Counted from the stretch's first letter, positions 1 to 10,375 are shown. The stretch is 64,000 nucleotides of DNA from Candidatus Cloacimonadales bacterium (GCA_963665815.1 OY762463.1:3552001-3616000); one strand, 5' to 3'. Numbers and translations: made by a program. The notes: a model not told the origin generated them from the sequence alone.

Positions 1-429
1 ATTGTACTTGCTGCAATTGTAGTCTTAGTTATCAATGGAATGCACAGGTTTTATGTAGATAAATGTCCTGTTTATTCTCTGGGGCATGTAACCGGAATTA
101 CAATATCCGGAATTGCTGTATTACTTGTGATTTTTGTCGGCTCTTTCTTTATTGAGCGATTATGGTGCCGGTATCTTTGTCCATTGGCTGCGCTGCTTAA
201 CATAATGCAGATCATAGGAAAAGTTTTACATATACCATCTTACAAGATAAAGAGGAACTTAGCTGACAGCTTTTGTTGTAGAGATTGCCCTGAATACTGT
301 CCTATGGGAGTAAATTATAAAGACAAAGAAGTAGTTGAATCAGTAGAATGTATACAATGTAGATTTTGTCAAAGACAATGCTGTTTATCCGCAAAAGATT
401 TATCGAAATGTATTCATAAGAATCCCTGA
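1..429 (+). CDS. 4Fe-4S binding membrane protein (NapH/MauN/YccM-like), 5' partial
   Basis: Frame is open from base 1. It has hydrophobic segments, an RxWCRYLCP motif and two ferredoxin-like Cys clusters (CCRDCPEYCP, CIQCRFCQRQC). Confidence 0.8.
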   Translation: MVLAAIVVLVINGMHRFYVDKCPVYSLGHVTGITISGIAVLLVIFVGSFFIERLWCRYLCPLAALLNIMQIIGKVLHIPSYKIKRNLADSFCCRDCPEYCPMGVNYKDKEVVESVECIQCRFCQRQCCLSAKDLSKCIHKNP

Positions 430-462
430 TGTAGATAGAACAACTTCCCTTATTTTCATAAC

Positions 463-491
463 AAAGGCTGTTGATGTTTTCAACAGCCTTT
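463..491. terminator. Bidirectional intrinsic terminator
   Basis: 12-bp inverted repeat aaaggctgttga/tcaacagccttt between convergent genes. Confidence 0.75.
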
Positions 492-509
492 ACATAAAAA
501 CGTTAGAAT

Positions 510-1307
510 TTATTTTGATTTCCTAAACTGCTTTTTTTCTTTGACTTCTTCATTTTTTCTGAATTCAGAAGATAGTTTTCTTAGTTTATCGTCCATTTTC
601 AGACTCTGCCATTCTTTAAAGCCGCCTTCAAGAACAAAGATTTGCTTATCTTCAAATTTTGCAAGTCGTTCTGCAACAGTTGCAGCATTTTCAAATTCAT
701 TTGCATATACGAAGAAAAACTGTTTTTTGCTGAGATTCTTCATGAAAGTTTCCTTTTTTTCAGACTTGACATCAAGATTAACAGCACCATAAATATGGTG
801 TTCTTCGAAAATGTATTCCGGGCTTGCATCAATAATAATGCTGTTATTATAATGTTTTACAAGGATATCGAAAGCATTTTCCGAAGATACATACTGAATT
901 TTGTTAACCGGCCGAGTGGGCTTTCTTTTTTTTCTTGGAGCTCCGGTTATGTGACCTTTCATAGTAACTATTTCATATTCATTGGCAGTGTTAGCATAGA
1001 TTTTAATTCTCTTGTTATGGCGTCCTGCCTGACGCTTAGGGTTAAAGTCCACTTTTACAAAGCCTTTCTTACCAGGCATAATCTTTCCAGTTGACCAACT
1101 GGTTGAGGAACATCCGCATCCAGACTGGATTTTGGATATTACTAACGGCTCATCCCCGGTATTAGTGAAGTTATACGTGTAGCTGAATGGACCGTCTACT
1201 TCTTTCCATTCCTTGAAATCATAGGTGTCAGTTTCGAAACTCATCACCGGTACTGAATTCAGGGCAGCAGAAAGAATCAACATCACAAGCAATAAATATC
1301 GCTTCAT
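510..1307 (-). CDS. Secreted DUF1573 (Ig-like) domain plus rhodanese-like domain protein
   Basis: N-terminal signal peptide; FxNTGDEPLVI..SGCGCS DUF1573 signature; C-terminal HIYGAVN...LEGGFKEW rhodanese fold. Confidence 0.75.
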   Translation of the reverse strand: MKRYLLLVMLILSAALNSVPVMSFETDTYDFKEWKEVDGPFSYTYNFTNTGDEPLVISKIQSGCGCSSTSWSTGKIMPGKKGFVKVDFNPKRQAGRHNKRIKIYANTANEYEIVTMKGHITGAPRKKRKPTRPVNKIQYVSSENAFDILVKHYNNSIIIDASPEYIFEEHHIYGAVNLDVKSEKKETFMKNLSKKQFFFVYANEFENAATVAERLAKFEDKQIFVLEGGFKEWQSLKMDDKLRKLSSEFRKNEEVKEKKQFRKSK

Positions 1308-2941
1308 TCGATTACTCCCTTCATGCTGATTTGCATTGTTTTTCTGTTACCATCCTCATGAAAAAACATTGTTATTTCTTCAGAACCTGAAAGTTCAAAT
1401 TCGTCTGAATCCGGAAGAAATATAATTGATTTCTTCAAAATAGGTATCAAATTTATGTTATTATTGCAAAAGTTAAGTTTTTCGTAAAGTAATTTTCTGA
1501 TAGTTTTAGATTTCTCCTGTCCAAGAAGATCAGGATAATGAAGGTTTTTAGTTATAAGACACCAGTCCCATCGCAGATAATCCATACAAGTATGCCTTTG
1601 CTCAGGAAGGTATTCATCACACAAATCAAGCAGAAATTCGGCAACTGTCAGCCACCGATTGTTTGTAAGTCTGCAAGATAACTCAAAGTCCAGAAGAGTC
1701 TCGAAGAACAACATTGGACTGTCATATTTTCTGATAAGCCAGTTCAGAGTATTGCTGAATTTACCTGAATTATGCAGGATTTCCATCCAGACAGCAATTT
1801 TTTTAAATTTCCTGATCTCTGAATAACTCATCCAGTCTGTACTAAGAACTTCGTAAGGTGGTTCAACAGTATGAATAAGATTGTTATAGCAGGTGTTGAT
1901 TGTTGTACCTTGCAGAACTTTCAGAAAACCTATTTGTATATGATCTGCTCCTGTGTTAAACAAATCATTTAATGTGACTGATGCAGATTTATAATCCTGA
2001 TGAGGCAGTCCGGTGATCATGTCAATATGGGTGTGGATGTTTTTCAGTTGAATAAGCTTTAGCAGGTTTGACCTGATATCATTCCACTTCTGGAATCTTG
2101 ATACTGCATAATTGACGGCATCGTCAGTTGACTGTATCCCGATTTCAAATTGAAACTTGTTTTCCGGTACAGTGCTGAGGAACTCAATATCTTCATCAAT
2201 AACAAAAGCAGGATGAATCTCAAAATGAAATCCGGTATTAGTGGTTTTACTTAATATTGATTTCCATAATTGTAAACTGTAATTTCTGTCGCAGTTAAAT
2301 GAGCGATCTATGAATTTGATCAAATCCGGTTTGAATCCGAGAATATAATCAAGTTCTGCAGATACTTTCTTAATGCTTTTCCTGCTCAGTTTCATGTCTT
2401 CACGTGAAGAAAGACAATAAGAGCACTTGAAGATACATCCTCTGGATGCTTCATAATAGATAATTTTGTTTTCCAGGCATTTCAGATCAATATTTTTATA
2501 TGGGTTATCTGAGAGCTCAAAATTGTCTGCTTGTCCATATATTATTTTTCCTTTAACACTGAAATCTGATTCGGCGAGATTTATTATTGCCTTTTCTCCC
2601 GGTCCTGAAATGATATAATCTGCAATATCTGTGTATTCCTGCGGATTGTATGAGACTTCAGGTCCACCAAAAACTATCACGGACTCAGGCATAATCCTTT
2701 TGAGATTAATAGCTACCTGCTTAACCAGAGAAACATTCCAGATATATACAGAAAAACTGTAAACATCTGCTTTTCTGTCATAGAGGTTGTTCAGTAGTTC
2801 ATCTGCAGGTGTATTGATAGAATATTCAGAGATTTCAGATTCAATGTTGCAATTAGCAAGAGCCTGGTGTAGATAAAAAACTGCAGGATTAGAGTGTGAA
2901 TATCTTGCATTAAGGGATACAAACAGTATTGTCTTATTCAT
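1304..2941 (-). CDS. Cobalamin-binding radical SAM protein (DUF4080-type)
   Basis: N-terminal B12-binding segment (FSVYIWN, GGPEVS) and CxxxCxxC motif (RGCIFKCSYC). Start moved to MNKTILF, which overlaps the upstream gene's stop. Confidence 0.85.
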   Translation of the reverse strand: MNKTILFVSLNARYSHSNPAVFYLHQALANCNIESEISEYSINTPADELLNNLYDRKADVYSFSVYIWNVSLVKQVAINLKRIMPESVIVFGGPEVSYNPQEYTDIADYIISGPGEKAIINLAESDFSVKGKIIYGQADNFELSDNPYKNIDLKCLENKIIYYEASRGCIFKCSYCLSSREDMKLSRKSIKKVSAELDYILGFKPDLIKFIDRSFNCDRNYSLQLWKSILSKTTNTGFHFEIHPAFVIDEDIEFLSTVPENKFQFEIGIQSTDDAVNYAVSRFQKWNDIRSNLLKLIQLKNIHTHIDMITGLPHQDYKSASVTLNDLFNTGADHIQIGFLKVLQGTTINTCYNNLIHTVEPPYEVLSTDWMSYSEIRKFKKIAVWMEILHNSGKFSNTLNWLIRKYDSPMLFFETLLDFELSCRLTNNRWLTVAEFLLDLCDEYLPEQRHTCMDYLRWDWCLITKNLHYPDLLGQEKSKTIRKLLYEKLNFCNNNINLIPILKKSIIFLPDSDEFELSGSEEITMFFHEDGNRKTMQISMKGVIE

Positions 2942-3668
2942 TTCCGAGTGATTTGACTCTCTCATATATAATGGTTTTAGCTTTTTCCAGATCTTCAGGG
3001 AAATCTATTTCAATACATGGAAGATCCTGACTTGGAACTGCTTTTAAAGTTGTTTCAGACAGCATCAGATTTACAGCATACTCAAAATAATTGTTACCAA
3101 GATTTTTATCAACGCATTCTGTCAGCCTGTTTTCCAGAAGCTTCAAGTCGTTTCTGGCAAATTTTGCGATACCTATGAATTCACCTGCACATTTTTCAGG
3201 TTCGATCTGCTTGCCTATAAAACTGATGTCCATATTTTTATCAATAACAAGTTTTACTTCCTCAGCTCCGCATTTTTTCTCTTCAAGGATAAATTCGGAT
3301 GTTTGAGAATTATTGAACAGATCAAGCATTTTTCCACCAAAGAATATGTCAGCATTAAAATATATGAAATCGTCTGTAAACAAATCTCTGCAAAGCCATA
3401 ATGAATAGAGTGTGTTGGTTGTTGCATAAATTGGATTTTCTACGAATGTAACCTGATCAGGCTTGAGAAGTTCCAGTATATGGGACTTAAGTACATCCAT
3501 CTGATAGCCGACAACAACAACAAAGTCATTGATCCCATATTCTAAACATGTTTGTATCTGATTATGGATAATGGATTTTTCACCGATTTTTATCATGCTT
3601 TTAGGTTGTTCTTTACCCTTTGTACCAAGTCTGCTTCCTCTACCGGCAGCAAGTATTACCGCTTTCAT
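2934..3668 (-). CDS. Nucleotidyltransferase (LicC/phosphocholine cytidylyltransferase-like)
   Basis: ILAAGRGSRL...PK motif, TTNTLYSL, EIDFPEDL. Confidence 0.85.
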   Translation of the reverse strand: MKAVILAAGRGSRLGTKGKEQPKSMIKIGEKSIIHNQIQTCLEYGINDFVVVVGYQMDVLKSHILELLKPDQVTFVENPIYATTNTLYSLWLCRDLFTDDFIYFNADIFFGGKMLDLFNNSQTSEFILEEKKCGAEEVKLVIDKNMDISFIGKQIEPEKCAGEFIGIAKFARNDLKLLENRLTECVDKNLGNNYFEYAVNLMLSETTLKAVPSQDLPCIEIDFPEDLEKAKTIIYERVKSLGNE

Positions 3669-3711
3669 TTAATCTCCTCTCAGTTTTTGTAACATTAAAA
3701 CAAAATGACAA

Positions 3712-4854
3712 TTATTGTACATGTATTTTTTTATCGGCAGGAAGCATAAAAACAAAAGCAATAATTGCACTGAAGAAAACAGCCGCTATAATAAATGAGT
3801 AGATCATGCTGATTCCACCTACAATTCCCATTGCCGGAGAAATAGTAATGTTACCAATCGTGACTACTGCAAAAAGCAATCCGTTAAACATACCATACTC
3901 TTTCTTTTTTATGTGATTCAGGGCGTATCTTTGTGTTGTCGGAAAAATTGGAGCAAATCCCATAGCTATTAAAGCAAAAGCAGCAACTGATCCTGTGAAA
4001 AGCAGCAGTATTATTGCAGAAACAGTTATTGTTACAGCTAAAGTGATAAGAGTTCTGTAGCTGAAAAGCTTTTCAAGATATGAGTTAATCATTCGGGTAG
4101 CAGTAAATACTATTCCAAAAATACTCAGGTTAAACGCACTTTGGGCTTTTGTACTTGCAAAAACATCTACAAACAGATTACTGCTCCAGAGCATAATACC
4201 CATTTCACATCCGCAGTATAATATGAGAATAATAAACGCGAGGAAAATGTATCTGTTTTTCAGTATTTTCACCGAATCAGAAAAAGATGCTTTGTCGCCA
4301 GTGTCATAGTCCTCATCTTTTATGATAATATCTTTTATGAATGTGATAAGAATCAATATTCCCAGGATTGCAAAAAAGTAGACATGCGTTATTTGCTTCT
4401 TTATAAGAAATCCAATAATCGCAGGTGTAATAATTGTACCCATGCCAAAAAATGAATGATATAACCCGAAATTCCGATACTTTTCCGGAAGATGACTAAG
4501 GTCTGTTGAGCTTGAGACAAATCCTACGGCACAAGTAAGCCCGAAAAAGAAAACAGCAACGTATAGCTGTATCAGATTAACGGATGTTACTGTAATAAGT
4601 ATTGTTACAAGATAAGTAATATGCGAAAGATACTTGAATTTTCTGTTCCCAATGTGTGAAATAACAAAAGCACTTACACTGTTGCCAACGAAAGAACCGA
4701 CTGTTATGAGTACCGAAAATATTGATGCTGTGGCTACTGACAGACCATAAGTATCCTGAAAAGGCTTATTCAAAGGTGACAAACAGCTTGCTATCATTGA
4801 TACAAGCAGCATTTGCCAGAAGATACTGATCTGTGTTCTGATATATCTATTCAT
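3712..4854 (-). CDS. MFS transporter
   Basis: About 12 hydrophobic segments; HSFFGMGTIITP and YCGCE motifs resembling FucP/TsgA-like MFS proteins. Confidence 0.85.
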   Translation of the reverse strand: MNRYIRTQISIFWQMLLVSMIASCLSPLNKPFQDTYGLSVATASIFSVLITVGSFVGNSVSAFVISHIGNRKFKYLSHITYLVTILITVTSVNLIQLYVAVFFFGLTCAVGFVSSSTDLSHLPEKYRNFGLYHSFFGMGTIITPAIIGFLIKKQITHVYFFAILGILILITFIKDIIIKDEDYDTGDKASFSDSVKILKNRYIFLAFIILILYCGCEMGIMLWSSNLFVDVFASTKAQSAFNLSIFGIVFTATRMINSYLEKLFSYRTLITLAVTITVSAIILLLFTGSVAAFALIAMGFAPIFPTTQRYALNHIKKKEYGMFNGLLFAVVTIGNITISPAMGIVGGISMIYSFIIAAVFFSAIIAFVFMLPADKKIHVQ

Positions 4855-4985
4855 GTTTTTGTCCTGAAATATTATGATGGCATTTTTCGTGGAGATGATA
4901 TCAGGTCAATATTTATTAAGATCATTGCATAGTAGAAACAAAACTCAGTCTGATTCTTTAGTTTTGAAGTATTAATTGAAATAAA

Positions 4986-5018
4986 AGAACCTCAGACATT
5001 TATTGTATCTGAGGTTCT
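4986..5018 (-). terminator. Intrinsic terminator of the MCP gene
   Basis: agaacctcaga/tctgaggttct stem followed by a T-run on the minus strand. Confidence 0.7.
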
Positions 5019-5038
5019 GAAAGGTTATATATTTTTGA

Positions 5039-8000
5039 TTATTCCCTGGTTTTGAATTGTTTAACCATATCTTCAAGCTCAGCAGATTGACTGTTAAGCT
5101 CTTCTGCTGCACTTGCTGATTCCTCTGCATTAGATGCATTTCGCTGAGTCAAAGTATTGATCTCATTGATTGAACTGTTGATTCTGTCAATTCCACGGGC
5201 CTGTTCTTCAGATGAAATGGATATCTCATCAACAATAGTATTCACTTTCTGGAAGCTGGAATTAATTTTCTCGAAAGCTGCGGTTACATCCATGACAATA
5301 TTAACACCGGCATCGGAATTTTTTAGTGATTCTTCAATCAATGCATTTGTGTTTTTTGCTGCTTCAGCTGATCTTAATGCCAGATTTTTTACTTCCTCAG
5401 CAACAACGGCAAAACCCTTTCCTGCTTCTCCTGCATGTGCGGCCTCAACAGCAGCATTTAGAGCGAGAAGATTTGTCTGGAAGGCAATTTCATCAATTGT
5501 CTTAATAATCTTACCTGTTTCATTAGCAGAATTGTTGATGACTTCCATGGCAGACTTCATTCTTTCCATTGCTTCATTACCAATCCGAACATTTGAGATA
5601 GCTTCATTAGACAGAGCTGCACTGGATTTAGATTTATCAGCATTGTCCATAGTAATGGCACTCATGTTTTCCAGACCATGGGAAATTTCGCTTAAAGAAC
5701 TAGCCTGTTCAGAAGTTCCTTGTGCCAGAGCTTGACTTCCATGAGCAATTTCGTCCGAAGCTGAAGATATCTGGTCAACTGCATTTTCCACTTGAACTAA
5801 TGCATCTTGAAGCTGTTTGGCAGCATTGTTAATATTGGTTTTGAAATCGTTCATTTCACCATTATAGAATCCGACAATTCTGGCAGTAAGGTTTTTGTCT
5901 GAAATCTGTCCCATAACGTGCATTGCTTCGTCAATTGGTGTCATAATCTCAGTCAACAGTTCGTTCATGCCAAGAACAAGTTTCTGCCAGCTACCGTTGA
6001 ATTGATCTGCATCTCCACGCTTTTGCAATTGACCATCTTTAGCAGCCTGAGTCAGATCATCGATTTCATCTATTACATTTATCAAGTTTGTCTTCATCTG
6101 GAGCAGTTTTTCGTTAATGATTCTTTGTTTTCCAGGAAGCTGACGCATCTCAGGATCGAAGTCACCATTAGCATAACTCGTCAGAATATCCAGCATATCA
6201 TTCTGGTTTTTGATGTGAAGGTTTACACTCTTGTTTACACCTTCTGCCATGTTCTTGTAAGCTCCAATAAATTTTGATGAATCTATGAAGTAGTCAATAT
6301 CACCTTTACTTTGTTCTTCATATAGTTTCTTCATATCGGCAATAAACATGTTCAATAAGTTTATCAATTGATTCAGATTGTTCTTTGTAAGGTTAAATTC
6401 TCCTCTGAACTCTTCTACAACTTCCGGAGGAATATCGCCTTGAGCAATTCTGTCAACATACTCGTCAGTAAGTGTTATTGGACGCATAAATGCATCAATA
6501 ACATTATTTATACCATTGATAATATCTTTCCAGCCATTTTCAAAGCTATCGGAATTTCCTCTTTTATCTAAAACACCATCACTAATAGATTCTATGATAT
6601 CTTTTATCTCGATATGCAGTCCTCTTATAATTCCAAGAGCTTGATTGATATTGTTTTTCATACCGTTGAATTCACCGCGATAATCATTTGTAATGTCGTG
6701 AGGAATTATTCCATGTGCAATACTGTCAATATATTCAGCCATCATATTGATAGGTTCATAGAACGCATCTATAATTCCGTTGATTCCTTCAATAATCCTT
6801 TTCCAGTCATTCTTATATGCACTTGAATCTCCCCGGTAATCAAGTTGTCCTTCGTATATTGCAACTGCAAATTGCTTCAGTTCCATAGAAATCTGATTCA
6901 AATTTTTTCTCAGATTTTCAAGATTGTCGTTAATTATATGAAGTTTGCCCGGGAGTGGCTCAAGTTGAGGCTTAAAATCACCATCACCATAAGCCTGCAA
7001 TATTTCCAGAATCTTCATAATGTTTCCGGTGTGAAGTCCAACACTCTGGTTAACACCTTTAGCCATTTTTCTGTAAAAACCTTCAAATTGCTCGGCGTTC
7101 ATTGTATAATCCATTTCACCGATTTTATGTTGATCATACATGGTTTTCATTTCTGAGATAAAGTTTTCCAGATTCTCAATCAATCTGTTTGTGTTATTCT
7201 TCATCACAAGAAAATCACCTTTGTAGTCATCGGTTATTTTTGCAGGCATTTTACCTACGGCAATACTTTGAATGTACTCGTTTGAAACATTCAGAGGTGC
7301 CATAAAAGCATCCATTATGTTGTTTATACCTGAAATTATGTCACGAAACTCAAAATTAATTTCTTCTGCATCTGCCCTGTAATCAATTCTCCCATTATTG
7401 ATGTGCTCTTCAATATTTATAGCTTGATCCACCAAGGATGAAAGTATGTTTTTTAAATTTCTGCTGATCCAGAGAGTTGCAATTATTGCCAGAACAAGTA
7501 TGATAGCAAATGTGAAATAAATTCTCATTTTCTGGGCTGCAGCTATTTCTTCAATGTCATCCATATACATACCGGTTCCAATCATCCATTCCCAGTCCTT
7601 AACTGCTTCTGCATAAGATGTTTTCGGGACATTTTTCTTAGAACCTTTGTCCCAGTTATATTTAACAAAACCTCCTCCGGTTTTTGCTGCATTAATGAGA
7701 TCTCGTATTACAAAGACACCATTCTGATCCTGAAGTTTAATATAATTTTTTCCTTCATTTTGAGGTTTAGTGCGATAGGCGAGGGATGTACCATCGAATT
7801 TGTAAACGAAAATGTAGTTAATCTTGTCATAAGCCATTGATCGTATTCCTTTTAATGCCAATTGCTTAGCTTCTTCCTCACTAACACTGCCTGAATCGGC
7901 AAGTTTTTTCTCTACCTCAACTATAGAAACTGCGGTTTCAACAAGGTGCTTCAACTCAGTCTCCTTTGCATTGATCATATCATTGTACTGTTGTTGGGCA

Positions 8001-8086
8001 ATAATCAGTTGCTGTACAAAAAAGACGACCATAATAATGCCAACCAGAATGAAAATCTTTGTTTTAATTGGTATGTTGTTTAACAT
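5039..8086 (-). CDS. Methyl-accepting chemotaxis protein with periplasmic single Cache domain and poly-HAMP array
   Basis: TM-Cache ([25 protein letters not shown])-TM, repeated HAMP-like units, and signalling tip [26 protein letters not shown] supports the start at 8086. Confidence 0.92.
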   Translation of the reverse strand: MLNNIPIKTKIFILVGIIMVVFFVQQLIIAQQQYNDMINAKETELKHLVETAVSIVEVEKKLADSGSVSEEEAKQLALKGIRSMAYDKINYIFVYKFDGTSLAYRTKPQNEGKNYIKLQDQNGVFVIRDLINAAKTGGGFVKYNWDKGSKKNVPKTSYAEAVKDWEWMIGTGMYMDDIEEIAAAQKMRIYFTFAIILVLAIIATLWISRNLKNILSSLVDQAINIEEHINNGRIDYRADAEEINFEFRDIISGINNIMDAFMAPLNVSNEYIQSIAVGKMPAKITDDYKGDFLVMKNNTNRLIENLENFISEMKTMYDQHKIGEMDYTMNAEQFEGFYRKMAKGVNQSVGLHTGNIMKILEILQAYGDGDFKPQLEPLPGKLHIINDNLENLRKNLNQISMELKQFAVAIYEGQLDYRGDSSAYKNDWKRIIEGINGIIDAFYEPINMMAEYIDSIAHGIIPHDITNDYRGEFNGMKNNINQALGIIRGLHIEIKDIIESISDGVLDKRGNSDSFENGWKDIINGINNVIDAFMRPITLTDEYVDRIAQGDIPPEVVEEFRGEFNLTKNNLNQLINLLNMFIADMKKLYEEQSKGDIDYFIDSSKFIGAYKNMAEGVNKSVNLHIKNQNDMLDILTSYANGDFDPEMRQLPGKQRIINEKLLQMKTNLINVIDEIDDLTQAAKDGQLQKRGDADQFNGSWQKLVLGMNELLTEIMTPIDEAMHVMGQISDKNLTARIVGFYNGEMNDFKTNINNAAKQLQDALVQVENAVDQISSASDEIAHGSQALAQGTSEQASSLSEISHGLENMSAITMDNADKSKSSAALSNEAISNVRIGNEAMERMKSAMEVINNSANETGKIIKTIDEIAFQTNLLALNAAVEAAHAGEAGKGFAVVAEEVKNLALRSAEAAKNTNALIEESLKNSDAGVNIVMDVTAAFEKINSSFQKVNTIVDEISISSEEQARGIDRINSSINEINTLTQRNASNAEESASAAEELNSQSAELEDMVKQFKTRE

Positions 8087-8540
8087 ACTTTCCTCCAGCA
8101 TTTAAATTCAATGTCATGATTCTAATTATAATATAACAATATTGTTGTTAAAGGCTATAAGATTTTGGTAATCATCAAAAGTTAATCATTGATTTCCGGT
8201 TCGAAACAACTGACAAAATCTTATAAGAATAAGAAAACCAGAAAATTAAATACTATAAATGAAAACTATTCATAAATGGCAAGAAAAAAATGTCAGAGAA
8301 AAAATATCATTATATAGGAATACACAAAAGAAATTGAGTGGTAATCAGGAGTAGATTTGTTAAATTATGTATGGAAATTGTTAATTTACAGTTAAATGCA
8401 ACACAGTTTGATTTTTTTTTGGATATTCTCATAATTTTCCATTTAAGGAGTGAAAAATCTTTTATTGGTAGCTGATTAAATGTTAGTAGTGATTCATGAA
8501 AATATTGGTAAAATTTTTAACACTATTCTTAAAAAAGCAT

Positions 8541-8569
8541 TTGACAATAAATTTCATTATTCGCATTCT
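8541..8569 (+). promoter_or_regulatory. Putative sigma70 promoter for the 8633 gene
   Basis: TTGACA-N17-CATTCT. Confidence 0.5.
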
Positions 8570-8632
8570 CAAAGTAATTTAATAATTAACTTCTAAGGAA
8601 ATCATTAATCAGGTGTTAAAAAGGAGAAAAAA

Positions 8633-8977
8633 GTGAAAAGATTAATTACTTTTTTTGTGTTGTGTCTGATGGCTTGTTCTATGTTAGCATTGACTGTAAA
8701 AGATTTGGATAATGCTACAAAAATTTCTACTTATGGTACTTATAATGAGTCTACAAGAAAAGTATCCTATGATGTAGTAGTCGATGGAGTAGTGACTCAA
8801 ATGAACGATGAAGAGTACGCAGCTTTGTTTAAAGCTTGGGAAAACGATCTTGAATTAGTAAGTTACAAGGCGGAAGACGGAACAGTCAGAATTATCAGCA
8901 AACATAAAGGTAAAGGGTGCAAAGACGCTCAGAAATGGGGACGTGAGTATATGAAAACTTATGCTGAAACTCATTGA
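8633..8977 (+). CDS. Small secreted hypothetical protein
   Basis: AAGGAG RBS, GTG start, Sec-type signal peptide, and its own promoter and terminator. Confidence 0.75.
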   Translation: MKRLITFFVLCLMACSMLALTVKDLDNATKISTYGTYNESTRKVSYDVVVDGVVTQMNDEEYAALFKAWENDLELVSYKAEDGTVRIISKHKGKGCKDAQKWGREYMKTYAETH

Positions 8978-8983
8978 TATTTT

Positions 8984-9007
8984 AGAGGGAGATTTATCTC
9001 CCTTTTT
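8984..9007 (+). terminator. Intrinsic terminator
   Basis: agggagat/atctccct inverted repeat followed by a T-run. Confidence 0.7.
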
Positions 9008-9189
9008 AATAAAAAAAAGCTGTTCCCTATAATTCGTTAATTGATTTGCTCAACAACTATTAGGACCCAGCATAACCGGGTAATTGACACGATTTTAGAA
9101 TTCCTCAAATTCATATTTAAAACAAACATATCTGAGAAGTTTTCTTGATGAAATCAATCTGTGTGGAGTAAGAATAGGATTATTTACAC

Positions 9190-9372
9190 AAAAAAAAACC
9201 TGCTGCCAGGAGCTAGCAGCAGGTGATCAATATTCTCGGCAAAGTGAGGAAGGCTTGTATGAAGCTTTGCCGTAAGCGTGTAGAATTACATCCCAATTAA
9301 TGCAATCAAGGCTACCAACATCCTTGATTTTTCTCTACACATCTCTGAAGGACACCCAAGATCATTTAAGTA
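9190..9372 (-). ncRNA. Candidate structured small RNA ending in an intrinsic terminator
   Basis: Several perfect stems (gtgtaga/tctacac, aatcaagg/ccttgatt, cggcaaag/ctttgccg, acctgctgc/gcagcaggt) plus a U9 tail, with no long ORF. Family not recognised. Confidence 0.45.
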
Positions 9373-9661
9373 ACAAACATTTTAAATTAATATCAGGGCG
9401 GATAAACGTTATATGCGTTACTCAAAGAACTTAGTGTAAATGCATTTTCTTTTACATATATGACTCTGACCTCACAAAAATTATTGCATAAGTGTGTTTA
9501 AAATATTATGTAGTAATGAAATAAATATCATTGGGAATTCGATGATTTTGGGGGAATCAACCAATAAATGTCGATTATATGGATGATAATATGGTGAAAT
9601 CAATTAAAAAAGTTTTTTGTTGACGGAAATCGAGAGAAATAAAACTCTTAAGAGTTAAAAA

Positions 9662-9735
9662 ATACAGGGGTGCCGAATATTGGCTGAGATCATACCCTTT
9701 GAACCTGTACGGATAATGCCGGAGAAGGGAGTTGC
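9662..9735 (+). promoter_or_regulatory. TPP (THI-box) riboswitch aptamer with atypical J4/5 and J5/4
   Basis: AGGGGTGC..GCTGAGA..ACCCTTTGAACCTG..GGATAATGCC..AGGGA directly upstream of thiE-thiC. Confidence 0.9.
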
Positions 9736-9763
9736 CAGAATCGACATTCCATTTGGAGATAAA

Positions 9764-10375
9764 ATGGAAAATTTCGGTTTGTATATGATAATTACAAATC
9801 CACAGGCTGAGTATACGAAAATTGCTGAATTATGTGTCAAGCATGATATAAAAATGCTTCAGCTCAGAGAAAAAGACAAATCAGATAGAGATATTTTTAC
9901 AATTTCCAGAGAAATAATGCAGGTTGTAAAAGGTACTGATACAAATTTTGTTATTAATGATCGTCCGGATATTGCAAAATTGGTAAACAGTGATTTTCTG
10001 CATTTGGGGCAGGATGATTTACCTCTTTCTGAAGCTGAGAAGGTATATTCAGGAAAGATTGGTTTATCAACACATTCACTTGCTCAGATGGATGAAGCTG
10101 TAAAACAGAATCCGGCATATATCGGTTTTGGACCCTTATACAGGACTCCGACAAAAAAGAAACCGGATCCGGCAGTCGGACTTGAACACATCCCTTATGT
10201 GGTTGAAAGAGCAGGAATACCTGTTGTATTTCTCGGTGGTATTTTTCCGGAAAATGTAGACCTTATACTTAAGGCGGGGGCTAAGAACATATCTCTCGTC
10301 AGATATTTTATGGAAACTTCAGAAATTGAAGACAGAATGAAACGAATTATAGAAAAAATAGAAAAATACAAATAG
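9764..10375 (+). CDS. thiE: Thiamine-phosphate synthase
   Basis: QLREK, INDRPD, HLGQDD, GLSTHS and TPTK motifs. Start at 9764 with a GGAG RBS; the ORF-track start lies inside the riboswitch. Confidence 0.93.
   Translation: MENFGLYMIITNPQAEYTKIAELCVKHDIKMLQLREKDKSDRDIFTISREIMQVVKGTDTNFVINDRPDIAKLVNSDFLHLGQDDLPLSEAEKVYSGKIGLSTHSLAQMDEAVKQNPAYIGFGPLYRTPTKKKPDPAVGLEHIPYVVERAGIPVVFLGGIFPENVDLILKAGAKNISLVRYFMETSEIEDRMKRIIEKIEKYK

Noticed and set aside
9680..9763. N-terminal extension of thiE in the ORF track
   Set aside because: It overlaps the TPP aptamer; the RBS and homology start at 9764.
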